A DNA stretch of 61,465 nucleotides, filler included, from Dugesia japonica (Eukaryota): the NCBI GenBank assembly GCA_001938525.1. It is 5 parts of 5 records of this genome, joined end to end, with 100 filler letters (N's around TTAATTAATTAA, not from the genome) between each part and the next. Parts side by side here need not be neighbours in the genome. Positions count along the whole stretch, not along the records: positions 39,435 to 52,445 come from MQRL01578227.1; positions 52,546 to 61,465 come from MQRL01572629.1; 3 more parts are not named here. One strand, 5' to 3'. Position 1 is the first letter of the stretch. Each line of letters begins with the position of its first letter. Below are positions 48,490 to 61,465 of this stretch, piece by piece. The notes below the pieces were generated by a model that saw only the letters and a list, made by a program, of their open reading frames with translations, searched no databases and was not told where the DNA came from. A program made the position numbers and the translations under genes.

Positions 48490-50212
48490 AAGGGGTGGGC
48501 AACCTGTGGCTCTCGAGCCACAACTGGCTTTTTTAATCATATTTTGTTGCTCTTAAGATTTTTGCAAAATTTTAAATTTTAAATATTTTTTGTAGTAATT
48601 TTGTTTTTTTTTTACTGTGTTTCAAGCTGAAATTATTATTATAGTAAAATATACTAAATAAATGAAAATATAAATGATTGTCTAATATTTTGTTTTAAAA
48701 TTGTTTTTTCTTGGTTATTTTTTAATAAAAGATATTAAAAATGCAACAAAAAGAATTAATTAGAATTGTTGTGATAGTAAAGATTGCAATAATAAATAAA
48801 GTAAGATCATCGTTATATTTTGACATATTCTGGTCGTAAATTCTGTTCCAGAAAAATATCAACTAGAACTAATAGACTTATAATGCAACACTGAACTTAG
48901 GAAAATATTTTTTGCTACTGAAGATATTACATACTTTTATAAGAAATTCCTAAAAGCAGATGCATATAAAAATTTAAGAGAGCATGCTTTGAAAGTAGTC
49001 AGCATTTTCCGCAGTAAATTTATCGATGTGAAGCATTTTTTTAAAGTAAACTTTTGTTAAAGGTAAAATGAAAGCAAATTTGACCCACCAGAATTTAGAA
49101 AGCGAAATAAGAGTTGCTGTATCCAGTTTTACAGCTGATTTAGAACATCTCAGTCACGAAGTTGAACAGCAGAAATTTCATTAAATTTTCAAGTGTTATA
49201 TANNNNNNNNNNNNNNNNNNNNNNNNNNNNNNNNNNNNNNNNNNNNNNNNNNAAGTTAGACACTTTGATAATCTTACTATGCTTTGTACATGCTCTTTAC
49301 ATGGTCTTTTTATAATCTTTACATGACCTTGGGATGACCTTTTTATACTCTTTACATAATCTTATAGGAATCTTGATAAAATCACTAAGAGGGGTAAAAA
49401 TTAGGATTATTTTTAAGATTTGGAGGAATTTTATGATATTTTTATTTTTAGATTTATATTTTTCATTTTTAGATTTATTTTTTTTATTTTTAGATTTATA
49501 TTTTAATATGAAAAATCCATAATTCCTTCTATGACAATTCACTCCATATCATAATTCCTTCTATGACAATTCCTCACATTGGGATTAGAGTGTTACTGTT
49601 GGGTGTCAGGTGTTACTGTTGGGTACTGAGTAATTGGGGTACTGAGTTTTGCAGTTTACAGTTTACAGTTTACATTCTACAGTGACATTTTACATTTTAC
49701 AGTTTACATTTTACAGTTTACAGTTTACACTTTACAGTTTACATCGGGATTGTAAATTTGACATTTAGGATTTGGGATTTGGATGTGAATTATGGATTTG
49801 GGAATGGATTATTACAGTGAAATCTGAAATCTTACACATAAATCTGAAATCTTACACATAAATCTGAAATCTGGATTAATATTTAATTTTGATTTCACTA
49901 TTTTTAGATATTACTATTTATATGCTCGATTTTGTATTTTATAGTAATATTTGGGTATTTGGATGGTAAATTGGGGATTTGGATTTGGATATTACACTTT
50001 CGAATGTGAAATCTGACATTTTACACTGGAAATGTGGAATTTATAAAATGCTGAGATTTCACATGTGAACCTCAAAGAGTACTTATCATTATACTTATAT
50101 ATGTATTTTTACTATTAATAAAAAATTTCACATCTTAAATTTGAAGTTTGGTTCTCGAAAAAAAAATAATTCAATTATTGGCTCTTTAGTTTATTAATGT
50201 TGCCCACGTCTG
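48490..50212 (+). mobile_element. Internally deleted hAT (Buster/SPIN-like) element with a perfect 8-bp TSD GTTTAAAT
   Basis: Left end AAGGGGTGGGCAAC and right end GTTGCCCACGTCTG; GTTTAAAT at 48482-48489 and 50213-50220. Dimerisation-domain remnant YQLELIDL*CN..YKNLREHALKVVSIF..LTHQNLESEIRVAVS at 48840-49184. Confidence 0.9.
49290..50070. repeat. Mosaic of short minisatellites nested inside the hAT element
   Basis: TTTTTAGATTTAT x3, ATAATTCCTTCTATGACAATT x2, GTGTTACTGTTGGGT x2, (TTTACAG/TTTACAT)n, AAATCTGAAATCTTACACAT x2.5. Confidence 0.8.
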
Positions 50213-52556
50213 GTTTAAATAGTATATTTCAATAGAAAATCAGAAATTTGAATTTTAATAAATATCTTGTATTTATGTATTCGAAATTATACGAACTCAA
50301 CAATCATAATCGGCTCTTAATTTAAGATGAAAACATCAAAACATTACTTAAACATTATCTTAACATTGTTGTTGATGACTCGCATTACCATTTTCTATGA
50401 TGATTACTCTTATATTCACATTATCACGAAAGCTAATTGCAATTACCTATAAAAAANNNNNNNNNNNNNNNNNNNAGATGAATTTTAAATGTAACGCAAA
50501 ACAAACTAAAACTATGAGCTAAAATTATAAAATAATTGATAAATGCTAAGTTCATAAATTCGGAAAGCTGTGGTCATTAAATGATAGAATCCAAATTTCG
50601 ACTTTACTGAATGACAATCTAGTAACATTAGGTGAACCAGAATTATGACTCAGTAATTTAAGATAATAAAATTCAAATTACAAAAACTAAACAGTAAAAT
50701 GATTAAGTGATAACTAGAATTATGAAATATAAACTAATAAATAGTAATAAAATTCAAATTAAAAANTTAAAATAGACTAAATGGTAAAATGATTAAATAA
50801 AATTAAATTTGTAAAACCATAATATTAATTTTAAAATTCTAAACCTCGAATTTGCAACTAAATAACTACTATGCTTATTATGTGATATTACTAGTAAAAA
50901 ATATTCATATCGTAATTCATGAATTAAAATAATAATCATTAAAGTAAATAATCTATAATAATAAGTAAATTCCAATAATAAATTAAAATCATCAATTAAC
51001 AAAATAAACATAATTTATCAATTAGAATCAATACTTTTAATCAAGTTTTATACATAAGTTTAAAATATCACATTTGACGAAGAAAAAAGTTCACAAAGTG
51101 AGAAGATCATAGTCAATAATCAACAATTACCCGTCACTCTCGCGACTTTACTTAAATAGCTTTACATGTCCACTTTAAAAATCATAATAACTTTGACATT
51201 AAAACTTCATTATCCCTTTATCGCAACTACTCATTATTAATAAATTCACAATATTCTCTATTATTTCTTCATATGCACGTTTATCACCAAATATTCTTTA
51301 CTAATGAATTTCCAACATTATCTTTGTTAAGTAATAATAAGAGAGATAGATAAGTAATGATATCAAAAATGTGTATTTCACAACAATGCTATGTGTATAT
51401 ATATTGGGACCAGGTATAGTAATTACCCAATTGACCTTGTTGGTAATTATATCATCAAACAGTCAAACATATCAGATTTTTCAGGTATACATGCAAACAT
51501 ACAATTACATAACATAAAATATTTTATTATCATTATTATAATTAATCACATCTCACAATCTTCAGTGTCTCGCATTATTATTTTAATGTATCTTCATCAT
51601 ATACACCTTCATTGTACTTAACTCATTAACCATCTATACACTCTTTAATATTTCGTTCCAGTGTTCATACTTTGCAAATAATATTGTCAATTGTTCACCT
51701 TCACAATAATGTATTCACTCTGTACCAAACAACTCTCTTTTGATACTTAGCAAAGAGTGGATTATTTCGCAGGTGTCGAATACGGGCATTAATTAATGTT
51801 GTATTTATTAGCATCATGAATTATTATAGATATTATAATTATAGACATATATTATCAATTATTAAAAATTACTTTTCTCTTTCCACGGAAATTGACAATA
51901 AATTTTAAAATTCTTATAGAGCGTTTAACTCAAAATATTTTAGATTCTTTAGAGATAATTCTTTCAAAGTTGCGATTGCTTTCATAGCAATTTTTATTGT
52001 CAACTTTGAAAGTTAAACTCTCTGGGTTACCACTTCAAATTTTTCATATTTATTTTACTCGCAGTTTATATAGTTTTATACTTCTATTGTTAATAAGCGA
52101 AGCTCACCCATTGGTAACTTCATATATATTTTCTATAATTTTGTATTTTTTTTCATTGCAGTTGGTGCTCACCCGATGTTCAGTGCTATAATTTCTATTT
52201 TTTCTATAATTTCTATAATTTCNNNNNNNNNNNNNNNNNNNNNNNNNTTTGTATTTTTCTCCATTGCAGTTGGTGCTCCCCGATGTTCATTGCTATTATA
52301 CGTTAGATAATATCAGTGTGCACAGTGCTCACCCGATAAACATGATCTTAAATTTTATTCACAATGCACGGTGCTCACCGAATACATATATATGTTGTAG
52401 TTTTTGCTGCAATTCCTTTGTTGAAAATTGAAATGGTGCCAATAGNNNNNNNNNNNNNNNNNNNNNNNNNNNNNNNNNNNNNNNNNNNNTTAATTAATTA
52501 ANNNNNNNNNNNNNNNNNNNNNNNNNNNNNNNNNNNNNNNNNNNNTATTATTATTA

Positions 52557-52623
<67 letters not shown>

Positions 52624-53589
52624 TATAATAAAATATATATATCCGTGTAAAATATATTAATTACTAATTAATGAAATTATATAAAAAAACGTTCATGTAA
52701 AAAGCTAATTTATTTTGAAAACGGCAAGTATCAAAAACAATTTAAATTATCGAAATTAATTTAGTTATTACTATTAAATTATAAAATAAAAAACACAAAA
52801 TACTAATAATACTAATTTTTCATCAATTAATTTAGATTGTCATAGTGGTTTTAGAAGAGATTTATAATTTTAAAAAATATTTTTGATAATCACTTAAAAG
52901 TGCTTTGAAATCAAGAGAACTAAGAAATGAATTTATTTAAGAATAAAGAATTGTTACGTAAATCAAAGAAATTTAAAATATTACAAAGAAATTTTGTTTT
53001 TATGCTTGTCGTCTGGATGTTGCTTATTTTCTTTCAAACAAATATTTTAACAATGATTTATGGAACTATTTGAATAAATAACATCATTTCATCCATTTAC
53101 GTAATTCGTTAAAATTATAAATTTGGTTTCAATATATAGATTATAATGATTCAATATAAAATTATTGTTATTAAAAAATTATGTCAAAAAAATTTACATG
53201 ATTAAATAAGTAAAATTGAATAATACTANNNNNNNNNNNNNNNNNNNNNNNNNNNNNNNNNNNNNNNNNNNNNNNNNNNNNNNNNNNNNNNNNNNNNNNN
53301 NNNNNNNNNNNNNNNNNNNNNNNNNNNNNNNNNNNNNNNNNNNNNNNNNNNNNNNNNNNNNNNNNNNNNNNNNNNNNNNNNNNNNNNNNNNNNNNNNNNN
53401 NNNNNNNNNNNNNNNNNNNNNNNNNNNNNNNNNNNNNNNNNNNNNNNNNNNNNNNNNNNNNNNNNNNNNNNNNNNNNNNNNNNNNNNNNNNNNNNNNNNN
53501 NNNNNNNNNNNNNNNNNNNNNNNNNNNNNNNNNNNNNNNNNNNNNNNNNNNNNNNNNNNNNNNNNNNNNNNNNNNNNNNNNNNNNNNNN

Positions 53590-53659
<70 letters not shown>

Positions 53660-54318
53660 AACCAAGCAACCACCATATAGTCCTGAAATGGCAGCATTAG
53701 ACTACCATCTGTTTCAATCTCTACAAAATTCTGTGTACCTCAGATGGTGGTAGTAAACACATACATTGTGGGAAATTTTGCATAAAAAATTAAAAATTCT
53801 ATGAAACAGGAATCATGACAACACATTGTTGATAGTAAAGGCCAATAAATTGTAGAATTATTCATTTTCCGTGCCTTTCTGATCAATATAATTGAAGACT
53901 ATTTGCCGTATCCATATTGTGCTAACTTTCAGACCTGATTAGCAACATTGATAAGTCTAATTGTAAACATCAGAACCTTGTTAACATTTATCAAATAATT
54001 AAGTATTTAAATTTCAAAATTAAACTTAACTGTAATAAATTGAACTATTAAATTTTTTTAACTAACTAGTTTAACATAATTAGTATGGTTATATTATTAA
54101 AATATTATGTTTACTTATTCGCATAAGTATTTACTTTAATTAATTATAGAACATTTAATTAAATAATGAATTTTAATTTTAAAAGCAAAACAAGTAACTT
54201 AAAATAAATTAATTAGAAACATTCACAACAATTAACACAATGATATAAGTCCAAAAATTATAATAAATAATGCCGACTAAATAATCAAAACTAAATGCTG
54301 ATCTATGTCAAGTTAGTT

Positions 54319-55437
54319 TTATGTTGTATTTGAAACAGAATATGAAGAATTGGACTTAAATTTTCTACCAATTAATTTATTTATTTCTACACGAAATCTT
54401 TTCATTTTTATATAATAAATAATAATATTAATCGATTCCATCCAGAGAAACAAATGGGTACCAACATCACCGAGATTGTAAACCAATTGCAACTGATCTT
54501 TGATTTGTCTATCATCAGTTTCAATATTTTCAATAGAATTTGCAACGAAATACAAACCAACATTCGGTACACTTCCGATTAGAAAACAAATTGATAATAT
54601 TAAAACAATAATTGTTGCTTTGACTTCTTTTTGGTCAGATTTCGTAGAAACTTTCGATAGCTTTTTCATTTGATGATTATTTGAAATCATTTTCCATATT
54701 AAAGAAATATTTATGAAAATAATAAAAACCATTGGAACTACTCCAGAGTAAACAAATAACATTCGCCATAAATTCATAAATTCGAGTAAAGTTTTATTAT
54801 CGTCTAAAGATAATGTACAATAAATTTTCGATGCAATTTTTCTCCACTTGATAAATCCGGAGTAAATATTATTAGCAATTATACAAATGAAAATCATAAA
54901 AACCGAACTTAATAAAGCTGTTCTGAATCCCATTTTAATCATTTTCAGAGGGAAATAAATAGCCAGCATTCTATCTAAACATACTAAAAGAAATGCTCCG
55001 AACACCCAAGTAGAGCAAGTCATATAAAAACATCGATAAATTCTACAAGCCATATCATTAATGTTTATAATAAACAAAAACACTGATCCTCCACTAGCGT
55101 ATGGTAACCCTTTAGCTGGAAACAACCACAACCAACCAAATGATAATATAAATAAAAAATCCGAAATAGCTAAAAAAGTTAATAAAATAATTTGACGCGA
55201 TTTTTTTGAATATTTAAAAATGAAAATATAAGATATAACAGCGTTGTTTATCACTCCAAATCCACCAATTAATGGGAAAATATAAACCGAAAGAATTCCC
55301 AGAACATGACTCAATATACATAGTCTGGCGTCGTTATATAAACTGTTATTACTCGTTCTAGTTTGGCAAAGATACAACATATCATATGGAGTATCTATGA
55401 AACTATAATTCGTTTTTAATTCCGTCAAATCAACCAT
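54319..55437 (-). CDS. Intronless class A (rhodopsin-like) orphan GPCR, 372 aa, probably flatworm PROF1-like
   Basis: Seven hydrophobic segments; TM1 GVINN, TM2 LAISD, ECL1 W..PAKGLPYASGG, TM3 CRIY..DRMLAIYFP, TM5 VVP, TM6 GSVP, TM7 ESINIIIYY and helix 8 RFR. The ORF is intact. Confidence 0.92.
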   Translation of the reverse strand: MVDLTELKTNYSFIDTPYDMLYLCQTRTSNNSLYNDARLCILSHVLGILSVYIFPLIGGFGVINNAVISYIFIFKYSKKSRQIILLTFLAISDFLFILSFGWLWLFPAKGLPYASGGSVFLFIININDMACRIYRCFYMTCSTWVFGAFLLVCLDRMLAIYFPLKMIKMGFRTALLSSVFMIFICIIANNIYSGFIKWRKIASKIYCTLSLDDNKTLLEFMNLWRMLFVYSGVVPMVFIIFINISLIWKMISNNHQMKKLSKVSTKSDQKEVKATIIVLILSICFLIGSVPNVGLYFVANSIENIETDDRQIKDQLQLVYNLGDVGTHLFLWMESINIIIYYIKMKRFRVEINKLIGRKFKSNSSYSVSNTT

Positions 55438-56689
55438 GTTATACTAGTGAAATTATAAAATTGATGTCCCATTAAAATTTTTTATTTATCCAATGCATTG
55501 CATTCAACATAAAATATGCATTTTCATTTGTTATTTTTTTTTATACCAATAATGCATAGTTTTATTTCAAGTGTAAAAATAAATATAGAAAACTTTTATT
55601 TTAATTAAAAACAAATCAAACTAATAAATTTTTAATTTAATGAAATTAATATAGTTATGATATTTACAAATAATTAACATGATTATAATGCAATAAACTT
55701 AGTATTTTGTTTAAACAATTATATTTGCGGTGTATTCATTATAAGTTTTTTTTTAAGCTAATTTTCCCAATCACGAAATTCTAAAAGTTAAACAGTGATT
55801 TTATTCATATTTCTAGTTATATATAATTTTTAAAAATTCTTTTTTTACAATTCGTTCTTGAAATTCTGCTAAGGCCTCTTGTTTGATAAATTAATATTCT
55901 TATTTAGACACTAGTCATGATAGAACAATTAAATTACAGTTTGCTTCTATTGAGATTTAGCACAAAGAACAAAAAGTAATTTGGAAGACTCAATAATAAA
56001 ATTGAAGTAAATGAATAATATAAAGCATGTCTCCATCTCACCCCGCTCGTAAAAACTTTGGTTTTCGTGAAATTATTCAATTGATTACATATTATTTGTT
56101 AATTATAACATTAAACTACAAAAATGTTTAAAAATAATTTTCATATATTGTTTCAATAACAGTTCGGTTTTTATTCCATACCATTATATTACCTCCTCCG
56201 ACATGTAAAGTCCAAAAGAATGAATTCATTACGGGTTGTTAGCATCCAACCAAGTATGTTCATGATTGAACATATTGATTAGCTTGTATAGATTTAACTA
56301 GACTAAGCTCGATTACGCAATGTGCTTATTCAGCGCAGTGCTTTCAACCATTCACATCCAATTTCAAATATACACCACCACAACTGTTTAACCTTTATAA
56401 GATAATAACAATTAGTTGTCAACGCCAATATTTGACTAGATACGGATCCACAAAATGGTCAAGAATTCAAAGTCAACTGTTATCAATTCAATGCAGGATA
56501 TTAAATAAATCTTTAAATTAAATCATTACAGAAAATAATTACTTATTATCATTAGAAAAACTCATTACTAAAAATTGTATTTTTAAAAAGGAAATCTACT
56601 ATACATAATAATAAAACAAACATTTTTTTATTTTAAAATAAATAAATCAAATTTAATTAATTATTCACTTAAAAAAATATTTTTAAACA

Positions 56690-58830
56690 TTCAAAAATCA
56701 CACATTTTCTCATATCCCGCTGCAAGAATGTTTTAAGATTTTCGACATTTCTTGTGAGGTCTTTTTTCATATCCAAACTTTTGTGATAAAACTGCAGCAA
56801 CCAAGCCAAAGCTCACGTCCGTGTCTAAGATGAACTTTCTTCGTAAATCTGAGAACCCTTGGACTTGTGTTGTGGTTAATTCTATTTTCAATACTTCAAA
56901 CATCTCCGACAATCCTCCAGACCTAATTAATTTTGTGTTTCCCTAATTGTTTTAGTTTCTCAGACCTAATTACATTATTTTTATTAAACATCTCGTAGTA
57001 GTTAAATATACCACGAAACCTGCGTAGTCTTTTCACACACTTTGACTCTCCAAAAGATTTTATTGTTATTACTTTAACTGGATCTGTTTAAATTCATCTT
57101 TAACTAATTATTTGTCTTAAAATGTTATCTTTCTTTTTATAATTGAGCATTTTCTTGGATTGATTCGTAGACGTGCTTCCAAAATTCCGTCTAAAACCTT
57201 TCTATATTCTCATAATATTTCTACCTCGATTTTAAAAACCACAATATGTCATCCAAGTATACGATAGCTCCTCTTACTTTAGCAGTGGCCTCTATTCAAA
57301 CTCGCATTCGTTTAAAACATTATTGATCCTGCTTTGTGAAGAATGCTGTTTTCTCTCTAAGGTAATTGTCCAATTCCAATTGTTACTACATATTTTGCAG
57401 GTCTATCAAGCTGAAATATGTTGGTCTTGCTCAATGCATTGAATATTTTGGCATGGAAAATGCTTGTTGTTTTGTGATCTCATTCAACATTCTTAAATCC
57501 AGACAAAATCTTATGTATATTTTTTTCTTCTTCCACATATCTACAAAAGATGTGTTATATAGTAAATGACACTTTCTGATAATGTCATTCTCGACAGATT
57601 CTAAATCGAATTATCTATCTTATCTTCCATATTCATTGGCTATTTCTATGATTTCACATTAATAGGTCTACCTTTTGTAACGATTTTATGTTCCATTAGA
57701 TAAGTCCTACCCACATCACATTTGTCCGTCACGAATACTTCTCCCTTTAATTTTACCTATATTTTTTGAACGATTGTCACTTCCCAATTTTGAACTAGCA
57801 TTCAATCTTTGCCACGTTTTTCCTTCCTAATCTGTTTGCCAAAATATGCCTGTACATTACAAGTTTAACTTTTTCCTTCGTCTTTTAATTGTCCTTCATC
57901 ATTTTAATTTTACGTAAATCCAAATATATTTAAGAATTTCACGCTGTTAATAATATACATCAGTAATCAACTTCAGTATAGGAAAGCTAAAAACCGTAAA
58001 ACCAACTTCGAGTTTCAAACATTCTGTCGTTTGCACAGAGTATTTTCAAAACATATTTCTCTAACTGCCTATACCCATATTTTTCCAACTTTCTACACTC
58101 AAACCATTAATCCCTGCTAAGTATGCAACAAACAATGTATTAACTTTCCTTCAACATGTACACAAATACTCTGAAATCTATAATATTCGATATTATTTTG
58201 AAGATAATTTTTCAACACATGCTAACTCTTCAATTATTTCCTCTTCAAATGAGTTTCTGCAAATAAATCTAAAATCTTTCTCAGCTACCACATTTTATCA
58301 TCTCTTCCTTTTTCGAAGATATTCGGTAGAACGTTTTTGTTCTGACTAACTCTTCTATTATTGAAGCCTCTTAATATTTGTAATTTGGCGTTTTCTTTTA
58401 CATTCTTTATTTCCTCTTCCTCTTGTTGCCTCAAATACATTTCTGGAGTATTTAAATGTTTGTATTCTTTGCTTCTTTCTACTTTATTAGTACTTATCTG
58501 TTCATCATCTTTCTTAAAGTAATTACTTATGTTACCATTTGTATCATATTTTCTGTAATTCTTAACAGTATTATTTATTCTTTGACATTCCCTACTGATA
58601 TTACTCTTAATCTTACCAAAACAATTTAATTTTCTATCTAACCTGACATGTCCTTATGATATATCTCTATGGTCTAAGCGTTCAATATCTCATCTTTAAA
58701 CTTAAAGTACATCACAGTCTCAAATGAACTTCTTTATTACAACTCCAATACAACATCTTTTTTATCCCCTGCTACAACCGCCATATAATCCTGATATTGC
58801 ACAATTAAACATTTTCACAATTAACAAAAA
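56690..58830 (-). mobile_element. Degraded Gypsy LTR retrotransposon (gag-pol remnants)
   Basis: Degenerate zinc knuckle CFGKIKSNISRECQR at ~58590-58625; GRTYLMEHKIVTKGRP (RT entry) at ~57670-57712; possible integrase remnants further downstream. Confidence 0.55.
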
Positions 58831-59263
58831 TAAAGAAAGAATCGTCAACATATTTTTTGTAAGTAAGAGGCTTTTTCAAAGAAAATAAGTTCATTCGTTC
58901 TTTAAGCTTATTCAAGAAAATCGAAGCTAATGTCGGAGCTAAAGGGGAACTCATAGTCCCTTTATATTGTAGTTTCTAAAATAATTTTCAATAATTTTTA
59001 TAGGTTTTGAAAGAAATGTTAAAGAAAATATTTTAATATAATTTTAAATAAAAATTTTTATTTATCTTTGAAAAACTTCTTTGATTTTATAGGTGTAAAA
59101 CAGTAACTTTATTATAATATTATGATAGAGAAAAAAATATTTTTATTGAAAAATTGAAAAAATTAAGAATTTTAAAAATTAAGAGTTTTAACCATCTTAT
59201 ATTCAGTATAATTGCATGAATCTTTGTTTAAATAATGTAGATTGAATAAACTAATTTTTTGAA

Positions 59264-59312
59264 TTTTGTCTGATGATGACACTAGATTGATTTGTCGAAA
59301 TATATAACAAAA
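59264..59312 (+). ncRNA. Minimal type I hammerhead ribozyme
   Basis: UUUUGU-CUGAUGA-U-GACA(11 nt)UGUC-GAAA-UAUAUA-ACAAAA. The core is complete, stem I has 6 bp, stem II has 4 bp, helix III is palindromic, and the predicted cleavage is after AUA (59306). Confidence 0.8.
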
Positions 59313-59399
59313 AAGTTTTATTTATTTTTTATTAAACATTTCCCATCGTTTGTTACATATTTATCTAATGGAACATTTAGTCATTTTAATTCTTAATTT

Positions 59400-60260
59400 C
59401 ATATAAAATTCAGAATTTCCAACAAAATATGCTAGATCTGTGAAGATGAAGTACGAATTAAGGAATTTTCTCAAAAACTATAATGTAATTCATGCAACAG
59501 ACAAAGACTTTTTAGAATTAACTGATGGTTTCATGATAAAGAATATTTGAAAGATAAAATGAAATTTTTGGTATCAACAAGAAAGACCAAAGAAAATGAA
59601 TGCTATAAATTCAGATCCAGTTATCGAAAGTCGGTGATAAAGAAGAATTGGATGATGATCGAACTTTAAATTTCAAAGCTGCAATCTTGAGGGAGTTGAT
59701 GGGAGCTATAAATACAAGTTAGTTAATTGTACAATTGATACTGTTGGTAATTTGAATGTAAGTGGTGAGTTTGATAATGGAAGCAAATTTATGAATAAAA
59801 TTGAATGATTGTGATTTCATTTTGCATGATGTTAATATGTATGCTGATTTGAAATTTAAATATATAAATATTAAAAGTTTTGATGATATTTTAGAATTTG
59901 ATAATTGTAATAAACTTTGCAGTATTTATTTAATTAATGAATGGAAATAATTTAACATTGACTATAATAAAATGAATGGTAGACCCAGTATTTTATTGAA
60001 TATTAAGGATAAAACACATATTTGGTGTTTATTAGATACGGGAGGTAAGATAATCGTGATTGCAGAGAATTTAATTATTAAAATTCAAGGAAAAGTTAAA
60101 AATATTGAGTGATATTGGTGTAACTTGTGCTAATGATAGTAGTTTGAAACTTGTAGGATACGCAAATTTGAAAATTAAATTAAATACAATAGAAGTGGAA
60201 GAAACATTTTACACGACAAATAAATCTTATTACGATTGCAGGTATTGAACTGTAAATTGA
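59400..60260 (+). mobile_element. Gypsy gag-protease remnant
   Basis: HIWCLLDTGGKIIVIAENL (retropepsin DTG) and LTCANDSSLKLVGYANLKIKLN. Confidence 0.8.
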
Positions 60261-61465
60261 AAACTGTATTGAATTGAAAAATTATTAATTCAATTAATAA
60301 GAAATGACATTTATAATAAAGATAATAATTATATGAATAGCCCTGTGGTGTATGTTTGTTTGTATGTGCATGATGCTCAATATTAATTATAAAATTTCAA
60401 AAAATTTCAAAACTTGTGATTTTTTATTATAAGTGTAAAATTTTTAATTATTATAATATAANCTTGTTTCTTTATTTATTTGAAAATTTATTAAACTTAA
60501 GAAAAATTGAAAAGTTTAATGAAATTTATTCAGAAAGTGAGCAAGAAAAATTCAAAAGTGATTAACTTCAATGATGATAATTTTAAAAATATTTATGAAT
60601 CTTTCAATAAATCTTTCAATTAATGTTATTTGAACAAAAAAAAATTATGAAAGCAGATAATTTAAAAAATAAGAATAAAAAATCTATAAATTTTGAGATT
60701 ACGGTACGACTTTCCGCTCATAAAATACTTAGTATGTATGTTAATCAGATAAGTATAGAGTCAATGACTATCAANNNNNNNNNNNNNNNNNNNNNNNNNN
60801 NNNNNNNNNNNNNNNNNNNNNNNNNNNNNNNNNNNNNNNNNNNNNNNNNNNNNNNNNNNNNNNNNNNNNNNNNNNNNNNNNNNNNNNNNNNNNNNNNNNN
60901 NNNNNNNNNNNNNNNNNNNNNNNNNNNNNNNNNNNNNNNNNNNNNNNNNNNNNNNNNNNNNNNNNNNNNNNNNNNNNNNNNNNNNNNNNNNNNNNNNNNN
61001 NNNNNNNNNNNNNNNNNNNNNNNNNNNNNNNNNNNNNNNNATTTAATTAATTAAAATTATTAACCAATAAAAAATTAAATAATTCTAATTTGGAAAAATA
61101 TTTGTTTATGTTATATTATATATGTAATTCTTCGTATATTGGGAGTCATAGATAATAAAAATGGTGTACTAGATCTAGTAATATATGAACAAGCTATTCC
61201 AATTAATACAATATGAACCAATAAATTGAATTTATTAATTAAAACAAAGCACTAAAAATTTAAAAACATTGAAGTCAATTATTTATTAAAACCTTATAAC
61301 AGAAAGACGAAAATATGAAAATTAAGTTGTCCAGAAAGTTCTTTTGGTTTTTTATTCTGAAATAAAAAAACAATTTTTAAACACAGAAAATATTTATTTT
61401 AAAACATATTACACTTTTTATCAACAACTTATTGCAAAATATTTGTGAAAATATTTCAATTAAAT

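Noticed and set aside
53171-53697. Poly-Leu/Tyr/Ile ORFs (also 6326-6770) and other X-filled ORFs
   Set aside because: Translations of (AAT)n microsatellites and N gaps.

Overview
Very AT-rich eukaryotic draft-genome sequence. Short GT-AG introns, (AAT)n microsatellites, the repeat content and a PROF1-like GPCR suggest a planarian/triclad flatworm (inference). Four identical 100-nt synthetic spacers (N44-TTAATTAATTAA-N44) split the window into five segments: 1-12263, 12364-30067, 30168-39334, 39435-52445 and 52546-61465. Adjacency across these spacers is unproven. Host genes are the 5' exons of a divergent BIRC6/Bruce gene with a degenerate BIR (- strand, 1091-10257), a partial multi-exon putative cell-surface glycoprotein (+, ~26270-29109), the terminal exon of an MGAT1/GnT-I gene (-, 33851-34397) and an intact single-exon class A GPCR (-, 54319-55437). 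The main accessory feature is a ~9.5 kb decayed Polinton/Maverick (adintovirus-like) endogenous virus at 12364-~21861. It encodes a fibre-like protein, a 'gasderminX'-like membrane protein, small ORFs, a VSR-containing protein-primed PolB with unusual Cys/His-rich insertions and a major capsid protein. Pieces of other Polintons lie at 1-671 (integrase chromodomain and minor capsid) and 11868-12260 (PolB C-terminus of a different type). Penelope-like fragments carry minimal hammerhead ribozyme motifs, and one complete motif lies at 59264-59312. The rest is decayed mariner/Tc1, Merlin, hAT, Transib-like, Gypsy and LINE debris. All family calls come from motif recognition by eye, not from database searches.
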